The translations under genes and the position numbers were made by a program. A DNA stretch of 63,186 nt, counting the filler, from Saprolegnia diclina VS20 (taxonomy: Eukaryota): assembly GCF_000281045.1 (NCBI RefSeq). It is 6 parts of 3 records of this genome, joined end to end, with 100 filler letters (N's around TTAATTAATTAA, not from the genome) between each part and the next. Parts side by side here need not be neighbours in the genome. Positions count along the whole stretch, not along the records: positions 31,486 to 54,695 come from NW_008246133.1; 5 more parts are not named here. One strand, written 5' to 3'. The notes beneath the pieces are model-generated. The model was given only the letters and a program-made list of their open reading frames with translations, had not been told where the DNA came from and made no database searches. Positions 37,239 through 50,598 of the stretch are shown here, in pieces. Numbering within the stretch: position 1 is the stretch's first letter; each line of letters begins with the position of its first letter.

Positions 37239-38439
37239 ATGACGTTGGTCGATAGCAATATCTCGTCAGAGAGCCTCCTGGCCTTTCTCGCTGAAGCGTC
37301 GTTCACACCGCCGCCGTCCCCACCGGTCCAGATCCAGCGCGCGTCCAAGCGGCTGCGGCACAATCCGAAAGACGAGGTCGCGTACCTGGAGACGTCGCTC
37401 ATGCACCTCGAACGCCAGCTGCACAGCCTTCGCGAACACGAACTGCAAACGTCATCGCTCTCGGGTCCGTGGAAGCTGCGCGCGATGAACGAGGCCCACC
37501 TCGCGCAGCGTGCACTCCTTGAGAACGAACGGCTCAAGGCCGCTGTCGACGACCAGCGCCACAAACTCCGCGCGATCGAGCGCCTTAGCCTCAAGCGCCC
37601 CAAGCTCGCGCCCGCGATCACCGACGAGCTGCTCTGGAAACAGGGCATTTTAAGCTCCGGCGACCGCGAAGCGCAGCTCGAAAAGTTGCTGTTGCACCAG
37701 CGCGAGGTGCTCGAGTCCGAGTGGATCCGGCATGGCTTGCTCGATGTCATTGAGCGCTTTGAGCCGCTCCAGCGCATCACGACGACCCAGAGCCCGCTGG
37801 ATCATGGCCCCGGCGACGTCCATGTCGTCAACTGCGCGGTGATTCCGCTTCACTTTCGTGCCATGTCCAATGTTGTTTGGGATCTCAAGCGCAAGCGCAA
37901 GGACTTTGGCAATCCGTCGACACGCGATTTTCATGCCAATTTGATGTATGGCCGGTGCGTACAGTCCATCGATTGCATGACAAAATTGTATTCTAACGAC
38001 ATGCGAACATAGGGATCTCACGAGCGACGATCTTCCAAGCATGCCACCCGACCTGGACTCGCGCTATGGGAATCGGCGGTACATCGAGGCCAATCGCATC
38101 GTCATCGTGTGGCGTGCGATCCTCGAAGACCAAGCGCACCCGCATGCTGACGGCGCATGGATTGAGAATTCGCGTGGCTGGTAGGACGACAAAAGCGAGC
38201 GAGAAAAAGAGAATCCTCATGAATGGTGTGGGATTAGGGTCACGATCCACGACATGGGCGACAACGAGTGCTACTTGTCAGCGGTAGTGACGATTTCAAC
38301 GCCGATGCACGCCACCGCCAACGACAATCGCGCGGCCGAGACGATGCGGGATCGCCTCTTGCAGTACGCCGAAAGCATGTGCAAAATCATGGGCAACGCA
38401 GTCGAAGACGCCGTCCGCGCCCACTTGGCCAAGGTTTAA
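37239..38439 (+). CDS. Basic/zipper + START-like family, copy 4 (lacks intron 1)
   Basis: 'LLAFLA', 'PKDEVAYLE', 'WKLRAMNEA..AQRALLENERL' and 'RIVIVWRA'. Confidence 0.85.
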
Positions 38440-38634
38440 GCTGCGAGTGGTGACGACGTTTTGTACACTATTATAAATATGACTATATAAGAACTTGGTA
38501 CATTATTGCTTTGGAACTAAGACGGGAACGTTGTTGACGAGTGTATCGATGGCATACCCTACCCCTATGTAAAGTGCAACGTCGCAAGACGAATCAAGCA
38601 AGTCCGTGCACGCGGCCAAGACGTGCCCAAAGCA

Positions 38635-39873
38635 TCAACTGGATTCAACATGATGTGGTGGCAAACCGTCCATCTCGATGGGTTGCTGGGGCGCGAGGCT
38701 TGTCATGATGGAGGCTGAGAACGTCCGCGCTTGCTCTTCCTCGGCCCGCAAAAGCAGCTCGGTCCACGTACCGACAACAGGCTTCCGCATGTGCATGTTG
38801 TCTGGAAAAATGGGCGTCGAGAGCGCCACATACAACAAGATCTGAGATTGCGTCGGGCTCTTGGGTACCATCACAGTCCTAGACCTGTTGAAATCCGGTA
38901 AATCTACCACACGTTCACGTACCAGCCGTGCCGGGCATCAATCAGGTGGCCCGCCGCGTGTGGCAGCAGCGCATCGTGGACAATGGAGCGCCAGACAACT
39001 ACGACGCGGCCGTCGTGGTCGTAGCGCCGCGCTGCGGTCCGCACCTCGAGCACGGGCATCGTCGGGTCGTCGAGTGTGATGACTGCTTTTGTGTACACGA
39101 GGTCGGGCGCCTCGTAGAGCAAGCGCTGCATACGAATTAAAGACATGTTGGCCAAAATATCATAGAGCGTGTACCTCGGTGGATGGACCAAGCTTGGTCG
39201 TCATGTGCTCCCAGACGAGGTTGGACAGCGCCGCATAGTCAAAGGGGCCGTTCCCGAGCCGCACAAAGTGCAGGTGGAGGTTGTCGTCGACGGTTGTTTC
39301 GACAAACGTCTTGCGCGTCGATGTCCCCCGCGCAGTCAGGTCGTGGAGGCCAAAGCGAATGTGGTCGCTTTCGATCGCTTCGTAGTCGTGCTGGAGCAGC
39401 GCGCGCAGGTCCGTGGCACGGTGCTCACAGCCCAAGACGCCATAGCGCGCCATCGATGGAAACGCCGACAGTTTGGGCCGCTTCAGCAGCATGCGTTCCA
39501 TGCCGCGGGCCAGCGCCAGCTGGTCGTGCACGAGGGCTTTGAGCCGCGCATTTTCTTGCTTGGCGCGCTCGGCGGCCTGCGCCTGTTCGATGGCCCGCAC
39601 CTGCCAGACACCAGCATGAGCCGGAATTGCGTGCTTGTCGCGGAGCAATTCTAACTGCCGGAGAAGGTAGCGCTGCTTGGACTGCAGGTACGCGACCTCG
39701 TCGCTGGTCTTTTCGCGGACGCGGCGCTTGCGGCTGCCATCCGTGTTGTGCGTCGCTGTCTCATTGCCAAAGTCGCGCGTCGATGCCAGAAAGGCCGAGA
39801 GATCAGTCACAGACGGCGCGGCGTCGTCGCTGTCCAGGACCCTCTCGAGGTCCCGAAGCTCCGTGGGGTCCAT
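38635..39873 (-). CDS. Basic/zipper + START-like family, copy 5 (lacks intron 2)
   Basis: 'LSAFLASTRDFG', 'RKRRVREKTSDEVAYLQ', 'WQVRAIEQA', 'RVVVVWRS' and 'VGTWTELLL'. Confidence 0.85.
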
Positions 39874-40729
39874 GCGGACGACTGGAATAGAAAGGCGGCA
39901 GGTTTTGTCAAAACGACGTACACTCGCGATCAGGAATGATGGTAAGGGCACTTTGCCGCAGGCTGGTCGACACGCGACAACAGTCAACGCACTGGACACG
40001 ACGAATACGACGTACTAGTACTACATCAGGATAGGTCTACCTCGTCTTTGCAAACGACAGACTATAATAACCTGTCGGGATTGAGCTGTTTGTATTCGCC
40101 AAGCCATCGCAACCCTTGAAATGAACACCTCTCAGAAGCAGTCGCTAGTCCCCCAGTCGTAGTTTGCCATGAGCGACTAACTCGCATCGTACAGCACGGT
40201 TCCGCTGTTACGGTACGAGTACTCAAGCAACAACAATGGCATTCGATCGATACCGAGTGCGGCCGTGTGAGGGCGAAATGGCGTGGCCCGTGGCGCGCAG
40301 GACGTGGCGTAGCGTACATCGATGACGCGACTCGCAACGGACACAAACATGGCATGTATACGCCGACTGTGCCACCGACATTGGGCCATAATCTTGGGTC
40401 AACATCCGTGGGTGGTAATCAAAGGATTTTATTCGCTTGGCGGTAATCACGTCGATGGAGGCCGGCGCACAAGGCGCTCCAGTGCTCGGTGAAATTTGGT
40501 GTGCACGAGCTCTATCCTGCGCACGACGCCTTCAATACATGCTGGCACGTTCTATCCAGTGCATCGGCGTTTGTCGACTTTGAAGTCGGGTCAAAACGAC
40601 GAGTTTTTGTAAAAATACCTGTATTTTACCGTTTTTACGGAATAAAGACGGTGGCGGAAAGGTCGGGAGTGGTCGTGTCGCAGGGTCGAGATTGCTGTTG
40701 ACGCGAGGTCCGGCCATAACGTCGGTGGC

Positions 40730-42004
40730 ATGAACGAGCTCACGTTTACGGAAGAGATGGAGATCCTCGAGATCATCCAAGGCCACAGCGCGTCCATGGG
40801 CTTCCTCTCGACCTTCCTCGCGACCGAGCCGTCGCTGCCCGCTGATGACATTGCACCTGCCAAGGCGCCGCGCCGGACGCGCACCAACCCCAAGGCCGAG
40901 ATCGAGTACCTTCGCACCAAGGAAAAGTCGTTGCGCCGCCAGCTCAAGAGCATGCACGAGAAGCAGGCGAAACAAGCGACGAGCAGCGCCTGGAAGGGCC
41001 GCGCGATCCAGCAGGCGCGCTGCGCCCAGCGCGCGCTGCTTGAAAACAACCGCCTCAAGGAGGCCGTCGAGACCCAGCTGCAGTTTGTCGAAGCCTTTGA
41101 GCGCGTCTTGGAGAAGCAGCCCAAGCTCTCGACGTTTGCAGCTTCCAACGGCCACGCGCTTTGGAAGCAGGCCGTGCTGAGCACGTCATCGCGCGAGTCG
41201 GATCTTGAGCTCTTGCTGCAGGGCCAGCGCGACAAGCTCGAGTCGGCGTGGATTCGCCACCGCTTGCACGACGCGATCGCGCAGCGCGAGGCCATCCAGA
41301 AGACCTTTGTCGACTATAGCTCGGACGTGGGCATGCGCATCAACTTTGTCCGTGGCGGCCTCATTCCGCTGAGTCTCGACGACATGAGCGACTTGCTGTG
41401 GACCCACGTGACGACACCGTTTGACGCGTCGTGCTCGGTACGTGCTTCTATTTGTTGCACGATATTGTCATGTGTCGGACATTAGATGCTCCAAACGTTT
41501 CATAGCGACCTCGTCTACACTCGGTACTAATGTTGTAGCGTTCACCACTCACTAATTTCTTTGAAATGGACATAGGCAAGATATCAAGCTCGCCGACCCG
41601 GCCATCCCGATTCTCGAGACGCGCGCGGCCATTCGCCGCTACAAGGAAGCTGACCGCACGGTCGTCGTGTGGCGGTCGATCGTCGACGATCATTTGCTAC
41701 CCCATGAAAATGGGCATCTCATTGACAACCGTGTGTCCTGGTAGAAATGTCACGACAGCTATGAGAGGTTGAGGAGTATGATATATGTAGGGTTACGTTG
41801 CATCCGGTGGACGCGCAACAGTGCTACATCTCGTCGCACGCAGTGATTTTGACACCGTTGTTTCCAGCCAATATTCCCGAACGGCAGCCGGCGGTTGGCT
41901 CGTGGACAGAGCTTCTCTTGCGCGCTTCGGACGAGCTCACGGAAAAATTTAGTGCAAAGCTGTTTGCTGCTGTCCTGAGCCGCCAACGTGCCCTCCAGGC
42001 GTGA
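40730..42004 (+). CDS. Basic/zipper + START-like family, copy 6
   Basis: 'LSTFLAT', 'PKAEIEYLRTK', 'WKGRAIQQA', 'RTVVVWRS' and 'VGSWTELLL'. Confidence 0.85.
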
Positions 42005-43004
42005 TATTGTAACATCAAGAATGAATTTTCTAGAAACTTGACGGCTTTTTGTAAAATGGCGTGGAAATGGCACGTGCAACATGGTTATCCTCATCGACTA
42101 GAGTCGGCATGTTATTCTGCTTGGTGGTCGAGCGACCCATCCGAGCCTACTGCCATATTTGACGAATGCGCCGGCTCCAGAACGATTGGATTCACTTTTT
42201 CATGTCTTCTCTTGGCCCATCGCGAGGTCGCGATATCGCGTTTGAAAATGAAATGACCAAGACTTAGTACCGGTACATTGAGAGGACGCTTTGGACTGAC
42301 AGCGAGGTGACGTTACCATCCAAGGCATACAACGCTCTAAGATGCATCTGCGGTTCACGCCAGAAATAAGATCGTAGTGCCATCTCAGTGGTACCATTCC
42401 AGGACGCCGAGGCCCGCTTGTCGACAACATCGAGTTTGAAATGGAATCGCTCATAGTTGGCACAGTGATGCAAGACACTTTCGGGAGCAGAGCAGTGCAC
42501 GATTCGACCTCGTTGCAGGGCTACACCGCGCACAGTGCTCGACAACATATATAAAGCGCTCTTAAAACGTTAAAAAGCAGCCACGTTGGCACGCTGTGAC
42601 TTGGCGCTGTCTTGGCCACAGCGCTCGAGGCAGCAGCAATGTGCCTTCTACCTTGACGCGCGCGGATGCCAGCGACGGTGACGGTCTGTCGAGCGAGACC
42701 AAGGGCTGTTGGATTCATCTTTTGACTCGAACCGCAGCATCCGCCACGTCTATTGAGGCGGCGAATCACAGTTGGTACTCGTTTTAACAATACAGCGCTC
42801 GGGGTTTCCTTGATGCAGCTCATCTCGTTCTGGGCACCTCATGGACCAAAGTCACGCTGGCAGTGGCGACATTGCAGCGGATATGAGAATATCATCCAAT
42901 CACAGCGCGAGTACGTTGTGATTCGCCCATTTCACCCAATCCACACGCGAGCATGCTTGAAGCGCACCGATTGGCTGGCTCGAATTCGGATACAACGTTC
43001 GCCG

Positions 43005-44255
43005 ATGGCCGACGAGGACCTGGACCTGCTCGAGGTCATCTTCGGGGCGACCTCGGACGCATCGACCGAGGATCTCGCCGCCTTTCTCGCGGCCACACCG
43101 GCCTTTGGACCCTCTCAACGCAAGCGGCGGTACCAAGAGCCCAAGGCCGAGATCGCTTATCTGCGCACCAAGCGCGATGACCTTTTGGCGCAGCTGCGTG
43201 CGCTTCAGCCGCAGCAAGACGTCGCCGCGCTGTCGCCGTGGCAGGTACGCGCCACCGAGCAGGCGCAGCTTGCCCAGCGCAGTTTGCAAGAGAACGTGCG
43301 GCTCCGCGGCTACGTGCAAGACCAGCTCCGCGTGATCGCGGCGCTCGAAAACGTACTCGCCAAGCGGCCGCGACTCGCCGCCTTTGCCTCACACGAAGCC
43401 GACCGCAGCGTTCTCGGTGCCTTGCACCGCGAATCCACACTCGAGCAGCTTGTTCAGCGCGAGTTTGACCGGATCGATTCGGTGTACGTTCGCCACGGCT
43501 TGTACGGCATGCTGGCGACCGCGACGCCAGTCCGCCGAGCATATGTGCAGAGCACGGACGACATGCTGCAGCTCAGCGTTCTCACGGGCATGATCATGGA
43601 CTTTCCAATGGCAGGCACGGCCGACCTCATCTGGGCCGACAAGACGGGCGTCAAACCAAACAGCACGGTACCCTTGCGTGACGCGATCTCTGGACGCACC
43701 ATGCGGCTAGGTACTCGCTACGATCCACACCGACTTGGTCTACGTCAAGTACGACAACTTGTCTTCGATTGGAATCGAACCTGACGTGTAGAGAGGTGTC
43801 GAGTGCCACGTCTCACGCCGCGGTGCCGCCGCTGGAAGCGCACATGGCCGTGCGGCGCTACACGTTTGCAGACCGCATCGCGATCGTCTGGCGATCGGTC
43901 CTCGAAGATACCGAGTGTCCGCACGCGGCAGAAAATTGGGTCGACAACCGGTCGGGCTGGTTAGTGGACTCGATATCAATCCGCCAATCATCGTCGATCT
44001 AGGATTGTGGTCCACGCCACAGACGACAAGGACACGTGCTACCTGCAAGGATACATCACGCAGACGACTCCCATCGTACCAGACGCGCAGCCACCGATCG
44101 TTGGCGGTCTCTCAGAGCTCTTTCTTACTGCGTGGCAGTCCAACTTGAGCGAGTCGTGGCACAAACTAGATGTCAAGAGCTCGCGGGCGTGGCTGAGCGA
44201 CATGCACACCAAGTATCTCGAGGCGTCCAAGGCTGCTGAATCTTCTACGTCATAA
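43005..44255 (+). CDS. Basic/zipper + START-like family, copy 7
   Basis: 'LAAFLAATPAFG', 'RKRRYQEPKAEIAYLR', 'WQVRATEQA' and 'RIAIVWRS'. Confidence 0.85.
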
Positions 44256-44911
44256 GTCGGTGCCCTTCCTACGAGTTCTTCAGTTGTACACAATTTGTTG
44301 ATCGAGTGCACAGGATGGAAGGGGCAAGGTATAGCGGTGCGATGCTGGCTTGGTTAGGTTTTCGATTCCAGAGCTTGCCTTTCGGGCTCAGAGTCAAGAT
44401 GGACCCCAGCTGGTTACCGCCGATGCCATTCCCTTGCGTACTCGAGAGAAGATCCGTCGAGATCCCAACTTGATAGGTCCGATGTAAACGGCCGTAGGAA
44501 AGCGAAGTAAGGGACTATGCCTATGGACCTTAAACCTCGCACCTCCTGCACGAGAAGCATGTATCTGCCGACTGGACACAAGGTGGTCTTGGACTCGGTC
44601 ACCAAGCTCCTACCTAGACCACTTGTAGAGACAACCTTCACATACAAACGACAAGATTTGAACGCACACAACTTGTTGCGTCCATCGCCGCTTGGTAAAG
44701 ACAAGCAGCGGTCTCCACTGAGCCCACAGCGCAAGCTTGCCGACGATATTCCTCGGCGCGCGTCAACCCACCCACCGGTCGCGACGTGTGCTTTGTCCCG
44801 CTTTGACGGCAGTGATCAACGATTACGGATCAATGACCCAACGTCATCACTCGTGCCAACGAGGCGCTCGATGCCACGGTCATCATCGCACATTACTGAA
44901 GTTTGCACCGA

Positions 44912-46221
44912 ATGACTACTACGAGAATGGACCAACTATGGTCGACGGACGATCCCAGCTGCATCGCCGATATGTCGGCCTTTCTCGCACCGACAAGAGA
45001 CTTTGGCCTCGATGCGAGCAGCAGCGCGCCGTCGAGCCTTAGCTCGAACGACGGTGTGGTGCATTTGACCAAGAAACGCACGCGACCCAAGCTAGAGATC
45101 GAGCGCCTCCACGCCAAGCATACGGAGCTCCAGCGCCAGCTCCAGCTTCTCCAGCTATTGCGCCCACCGCAGAGAGCGCTTACGCCGTGGCGCGCCCGGG
45201 CCATGCGCCTCGCCGAGGCTGCCCAGCGCGCGCGGCAAGAAAACACCCGCCTGCGAAGCCTCGTCGACGACCAGCGCCGGCTCCTTGAAGCGCTGAAGCG
45301 TACGGTGACGAAGCGACCCCGCCTGGCGTCCATTGAAAGCGACGGCCAGCTTCACGTCGCCGCCAAATGGGGCCTTCTTTTGCAGGAGCAGTATGGCAAG
45401 ATGGAGTCCGAGTGGATCCGGCGCCGACTCTACGACGCGGTTGAGCCATTACGACACACGACGCTCGAGCGCAGCACCAAGGACGGGGCGATGACAAGAT
45501 TTGGGTTCCTTGCCAAGATGCATGCGCCGCTCGACTACAAATCGATGGCCGACTTGGTCTGGACGCATAAGCCGTTGTTTCTTGGTCCGTCGTGTTCGGT
45601 ATTTTTCTATCGAGAAGGACAAATCTGTACATCTCACGCTATCGTTAGGTATACCACACGATCCACACCGACATGGTGTGTACGCGGTACGTTCTAGCTT
45701 GTGGAGTGCTGCTCCGAACACCACTCCTTCATTATTGATAGAGAACTCACGCACTTTTCGGATCTCGACATACCCGTGCTCGAGACCCACGACTGTTTTG
45801 GCCGCTTTCTCAAGCCAGATCGGGTTGTGATCGTGTGGCGAAGCCTACGCGAAGATGAAGCAATGGTTGCCCCTAACCCCAGCCATCTTGTGGGCCACCG
45901 CTGCGGCTGGTATGATAACCACTGTGTCTGCATTTCACCGAATGACGAGCTAGGTTACTCATCGAGAAAACGACGGCGTTCGAGTGTCGTGTCCAGTGCA
46001 GCATGTCAACAACGGTACCGACACTTCCAGCCAGCGCCAGTGCAACCGAGGTAGCGGCGTGGACCGACCGCCTATTGAAGCTATCGCAAACAAGCAAGGA
46101 CGCGTTTGGCGCTATGATTCATACTTCCGTCCTCGAGCGTCGGGAGCAACTCGGTCTCTCCAACCACGCAGTCGACATGCTCGATGTCACGGATGTCCCT
46201 ATTGAAAAACTAGGGTGCTAA
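44912..46221 (+). CDS. Basic/zipper + START-like family, copy 8
   Basis: 'MSAFLAPTRDFG', 'KKRTRPKLEIERLH...LQRQLQLLQLLR', 'RVVIVWRS' and 'WTDRLL'. Confidence 0.85.
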
Positions 46222-46740
46222 TATATGATGCGCGATTAGCAGGTCGAGCTCTTGTCTATCTGTGCTTTTGCCTAGTCAGATCAAAATTACTGCACTAGTA
46301 GCCGACGACGACCGGGGCCCTGCCGGGGGCCGTTGCGTCAGCCATTCTGCACCCGTCTGGCGACGTAAAAGTGTTACCGCCATTTTGAGAGTTCAGGGGT
46401 CGTCCTAAACCTCTCTCGACGCCGACAATGTTCTTGCATCATTTTTCCAAAGCTTCTACTTACTTGCTGATAGCTCTTGCTGATAAGTCATTGACATCAT
46501 TTAGGATAGTAAAGATACACTATGTACGTGGAATGGGCTCAAAAAGCCAGCAACAGACAATATTGTCCTTGCTCGTGCAGGTTACGCGATGCGTTCAGAC
46601 TGGGACATGCGATTACGTCGCACCAACGCCAGCGTGATCCCAGGCTGCCACGTTGTACGGTTATCGGCCAATCAAAAGAGTGCAGAATGATTGTCGTTGG
46701 CATTTTCGACGAAAAGGCAAGGTCACCACAGCAACATTCG

Positions 46741-48045
46741 ATGGCCGACTGCGTCATGCCGACGGTGTTCCCAGACGAGGACGAAGCTACGTGCATGGCA
46801 CACATCTCGGCCTTCCTCGCGACAACCTCCGACTTTGGCCTGGACGCCAGCGCGTTGCCAACGTCGACTCACGACACGCCGTCGAGTCCGAGCTGCGACG
46901 AACCTTTGCTCCCTTCAAAGAAGCGCAGCCGACCCAAGCACGAGATCGAGCACCTCCACGCCACGCACGCCGAGCTTGAGCGTCAGCTGCAGCTTCTTCA
47001 ATTGCTGCGCCCGCCCTCAAAGGCCCTCGGTCCCTGGCAAGCGCGTGCGATTCACCAAGCCGAGGCGGCCCAGCGGTCGCTCCACGAGAACAGCCGCCTC
47101 AAGGACCTCGTGGCCGAAAAGCGCAAGCTCTTAGACGCTGTTGAGCGCATCTTGACCAAGCGCCCGCGCTTCGCACTGACAGAACCGAGCCATGACGAGA
47201 AAATGGAGCAGCGCTTGCAGCTTCAGTTGGACCAGATGGACTCGGAGTGGATCCGGCGACGGCTCTACGATGCGACTCCTTCGACACGAGAAACAACGAT
47301 TGAGCGCAGCGCGAAAGATGGTGCCATTGTCAGCTTTGGCTCGGTCGCCAAGCTCGTTGCCCCGTTGGACTTTGAGTCGATGGGAGAGTTGCTGTGGGCC
47401 CACAAGGCGAGCTACCTCGGGCCGTCGTGCAGGGTACCTGCTTGGGTTATTCTCTGAGCTAATGTAGTGAGCTAGGTGCAGCGCGCAGCCCACAAAAACC
47501 TCGCTTACACCCGGTACACGACGTTGCTCCTTGCTACACTCTCAACCTCTTGGTATAGAGAACTCGTCCACATTGCCGACTTCAGCCTGCCCGCGCTTGA
47601 AACGCAAGACTGCTTTCGCCGCTTTGTCGAGCCGGACCGTATCGTGATCCTCTGGCGAAGCCTCTCGGACGACGAGGACATCGCGTTGCCTGCTGCCGGT
47701 CATCTCATTGGGCACCGCTGGGGCTGGTGCGCTGCGTTTGCATGAGGTTCACTAAGTTGCTTGGGTCGTAGGCTCGAAATTGAGCGCAAAAATACGTGGG
47801 AAACCACAGTCCGATGCAGCATGACGACGCAGATACCGAGCTTGCCGGCTACGGAGCCGATCAGTGCGGCAAGTGCGTGGTCGGAGCGCCTCATGCAGTG
47901 GTCGTTGGCCAACAAGGAGGCCGTTGGGAACATTATTCAGGCCGCAGTCATGGAGCGGCGGCAGCAACTCGGTTTGACTACCCACGCTGCTATCTTTCAG
48001 GATCTCAAGGAGCTCCCGATTGTGCATCGAGAAGAACTCTTCTAG
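46741..48045 (+). CDS. Basic/zipper + START-like family, copy 9
   Basis: 'ISAFLATTSDFG', 'KKRSRPKHEIEHLH', 'RIVILWRS' and 'HRWGW'. Confidence 0.85.
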
Positions 48046-48657
48046 TATGTTGACGTCAACGACGACTACAAGTCCTTCATTTTAGAACGAGTTGTATACG
48101 TTCTGAGCTTCGGGTGCTGCATTTGTCCGTGCTTGCTCACCGACGGACATGCTACCAAGGACATTGCCGTAATGGTACGGAGGACCGTGCTCCCGGCCAC
48201 CGTTTTTTGTTGATTTTTCGGGATAATTTCGACTTGAGCGAAAAAGTACGATGGGCCAAGTGCGGAACGATAGGAGTGAGCAACTTGGTCAACCAAGCGA
48301 GGGCACGTCATCTTCCCTCTAGCGGTAAACGCCCACTAGGTCTTTTGGTCACATAACACGCTGTGGATGAAACACAATACTCCAGTATCCATTTTACCGC
48401 TGAGATTTTGGTTGGTCAAAAATGGTGGTTCAATCACAGTACAATTGGTGTCTCGTAGAACTAAGAGAACGTCGGTGTTCGCTGTCGTGGTGCCAGTTGT
48501 TCTTGTTGCTTTTTTGCAACCACAGACGGCAGATCCATTTGCCTGGACATGACCAACAATGATGAGCCATCATCACCCGCACGTGATCACTTGCTCTTAT
48601 ATAGATTGTCGAATTTTATTCGCATTTCCACACACTTTTTCCGTACAACCAAGTACG

Positions 48658-49944
48658 ATGAATGCGTGGTATGACGCTGCGCTGCCCGACGACGCTCGTG
48701 CGATGGCGCACCTGTCGGCCTTCCTCGCCACCACACCCGACTTTGGCCTCAGCTCGTCGCTCACCACTCTATCGTCAAGTCCGAGCTCCGACGACGACAG
48801 CGCCATCCAGGCCAAGAAACAAGCACGGCCCAAGCACGAGATTGAGATCCTCCACGCCAAACACAATGAGCTGCAGCGCCAGTTGCAGCTCCTACAACTG
48901 TTACGCGCGCCGCCGAAGCCGGTCACTCCATGGCAAGCCCGTGCGATGCGTCAGGCTGAGGCCGCCCAACGAACGCTGCAAGAAAACAGTCGCCTCAAGC
49001 GTCTTGTCAGCGACCAGCGCAAGGTCCTCTCTGCACTCGAGCGCAGCTTGCGAAAGTGCCCGCGCCTCGAATCCCCTAGCCCTAGTTACGCGGAAGACAC
49101 GACACTGTTCCAGCATCTTTTGCAACAACAATTCGACAAGATGGAGTCCGAGTGGATTCAACGTCGACTCTACGACGCGAGTGCGCCACTGCGGCACACG
49201 ACACTCGAGCGCAGCCCCGAGGACGGGGCGATTGCCAGCTTTCGTTTTGTCGCCAAGATGAGCGCGCCGCTCGACTACAAATCGATGGCCCAAGTGTTTT
49301 GGACGCACAAGACAGGGTTGCTCGGGCCGTCATGTTCGGTACTAGTACCCTCTTTTCGAGTCTCACCGCGATTTATTGGTATGCTGATTAGGTACACCGC
49401 ACGATTGACCACAATATTGTCTATATGCGGTACCGACCAGCTGCTTTTCCTCGAATACATAAAAAATCTCGTGTAGAGAGCTTGCGCGCTACGCCGACCT
49501 TGGAGTCCCCGTCATGGAGACGCACGATTGCTTTGGTCGCTTCCTTGAGCCAGGTCGAGTGGTGATGGTGTGGCGAAGCTTGGGGCAAGGCGAGACGATC
49601 ACACCCCATGGCGCTGACCATCTCGTGGGCCACCGATGGGGCTGGTACGATGCTATCTTTGAGCTTGAGCGACGTGTGATGATAGGCTCGTGATCGAGGA
49701 ATCGAGTGCATTCGAATGCAGTGTGCAGTGCAGCATGACGACTAGGCTACCGACATTTCCAGCCAGCGCCAGTGCGACCGAGGTAGCAACGTGGACCGAC
49801 CGCCTCGTCCAGTCGTCGCGCACCAGCAAAGACGCGTTGGGCGCTGTGGTTCAGGCCGCAGTCCTCGAGCGCCGGGAACATCTCGGCTTGTCCAACCGCG
49901 ATGCCTCATTGCAGAATACACAGCACCGAGTCGCTATGGAGTAG
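48658..49944 (+). CDS. Basic/zipper + START-like family, copy 10
   Basis: 'LSAFLATTPDFG', 'RPKHEIEILH', 'RVVMVWRS' and 'HRWGW'. Confidence 0.85.
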
Positions 49945-50598
49945 CGCCCCATTTCTTCGAGTCGTTTGACGTACGAGTAATCGATAGAGCAAGTGCAATG
50001 AACGAAACGAATGCACGTTGGATTCTCGAAAATCGACATTGTCATTGACCTTGAGTAACAACAACACGTTGCGAAGCGACGCAGTGGTAGGCTTGACAAG
50101 GTTTTCCATCAAGCGGGACCGCTTTGTGGCTTGACGCCATGAAGCAGCAACCACGACATCACGTTTTGCATTTGGCAGTGACTCTCGTGTAGTTGCACGG
50201 TTGATGGTCATCGCTAGGTTTAACGTCCCAAGTGCTCTCCTGGACCATTCCATAGCGTTGAGGATGGCATGTCCGTGGAGACGCGATCGAGCCCTAACCC
50301 TTCAAGTTTTAGCCAAAAGAACGACGGATAATCTAACGCTGTAGCCGAGCGGCTCGAGTGACCGCAACGGCTACTTCCCACCGCACGTGGTAACACCGAA
50401 GGTCTCGTCACAAGGTGAGTTGTACAAACAGTAGAAGCTTTTACTCCAAAAGCACCACCTAAGAGCAGGGGATAAATGATTACGGGCGAGCTACCTAGCG
50501 TGATCACGCATACGAACCGACGGTGTCGACCGTTCGGATTGGCGTCAAAGACTCACCTCAAAAGTGAAAGGACCCAACGGCCGAGTGAGCCATTTAGC

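Noticed and set aside
50015..50100. LRR-like fragment (TLSLTLSNNN) between array copies 10 and 11
   Set aside because: A single degenerate repeat requiring a frameshift; insufficient support.
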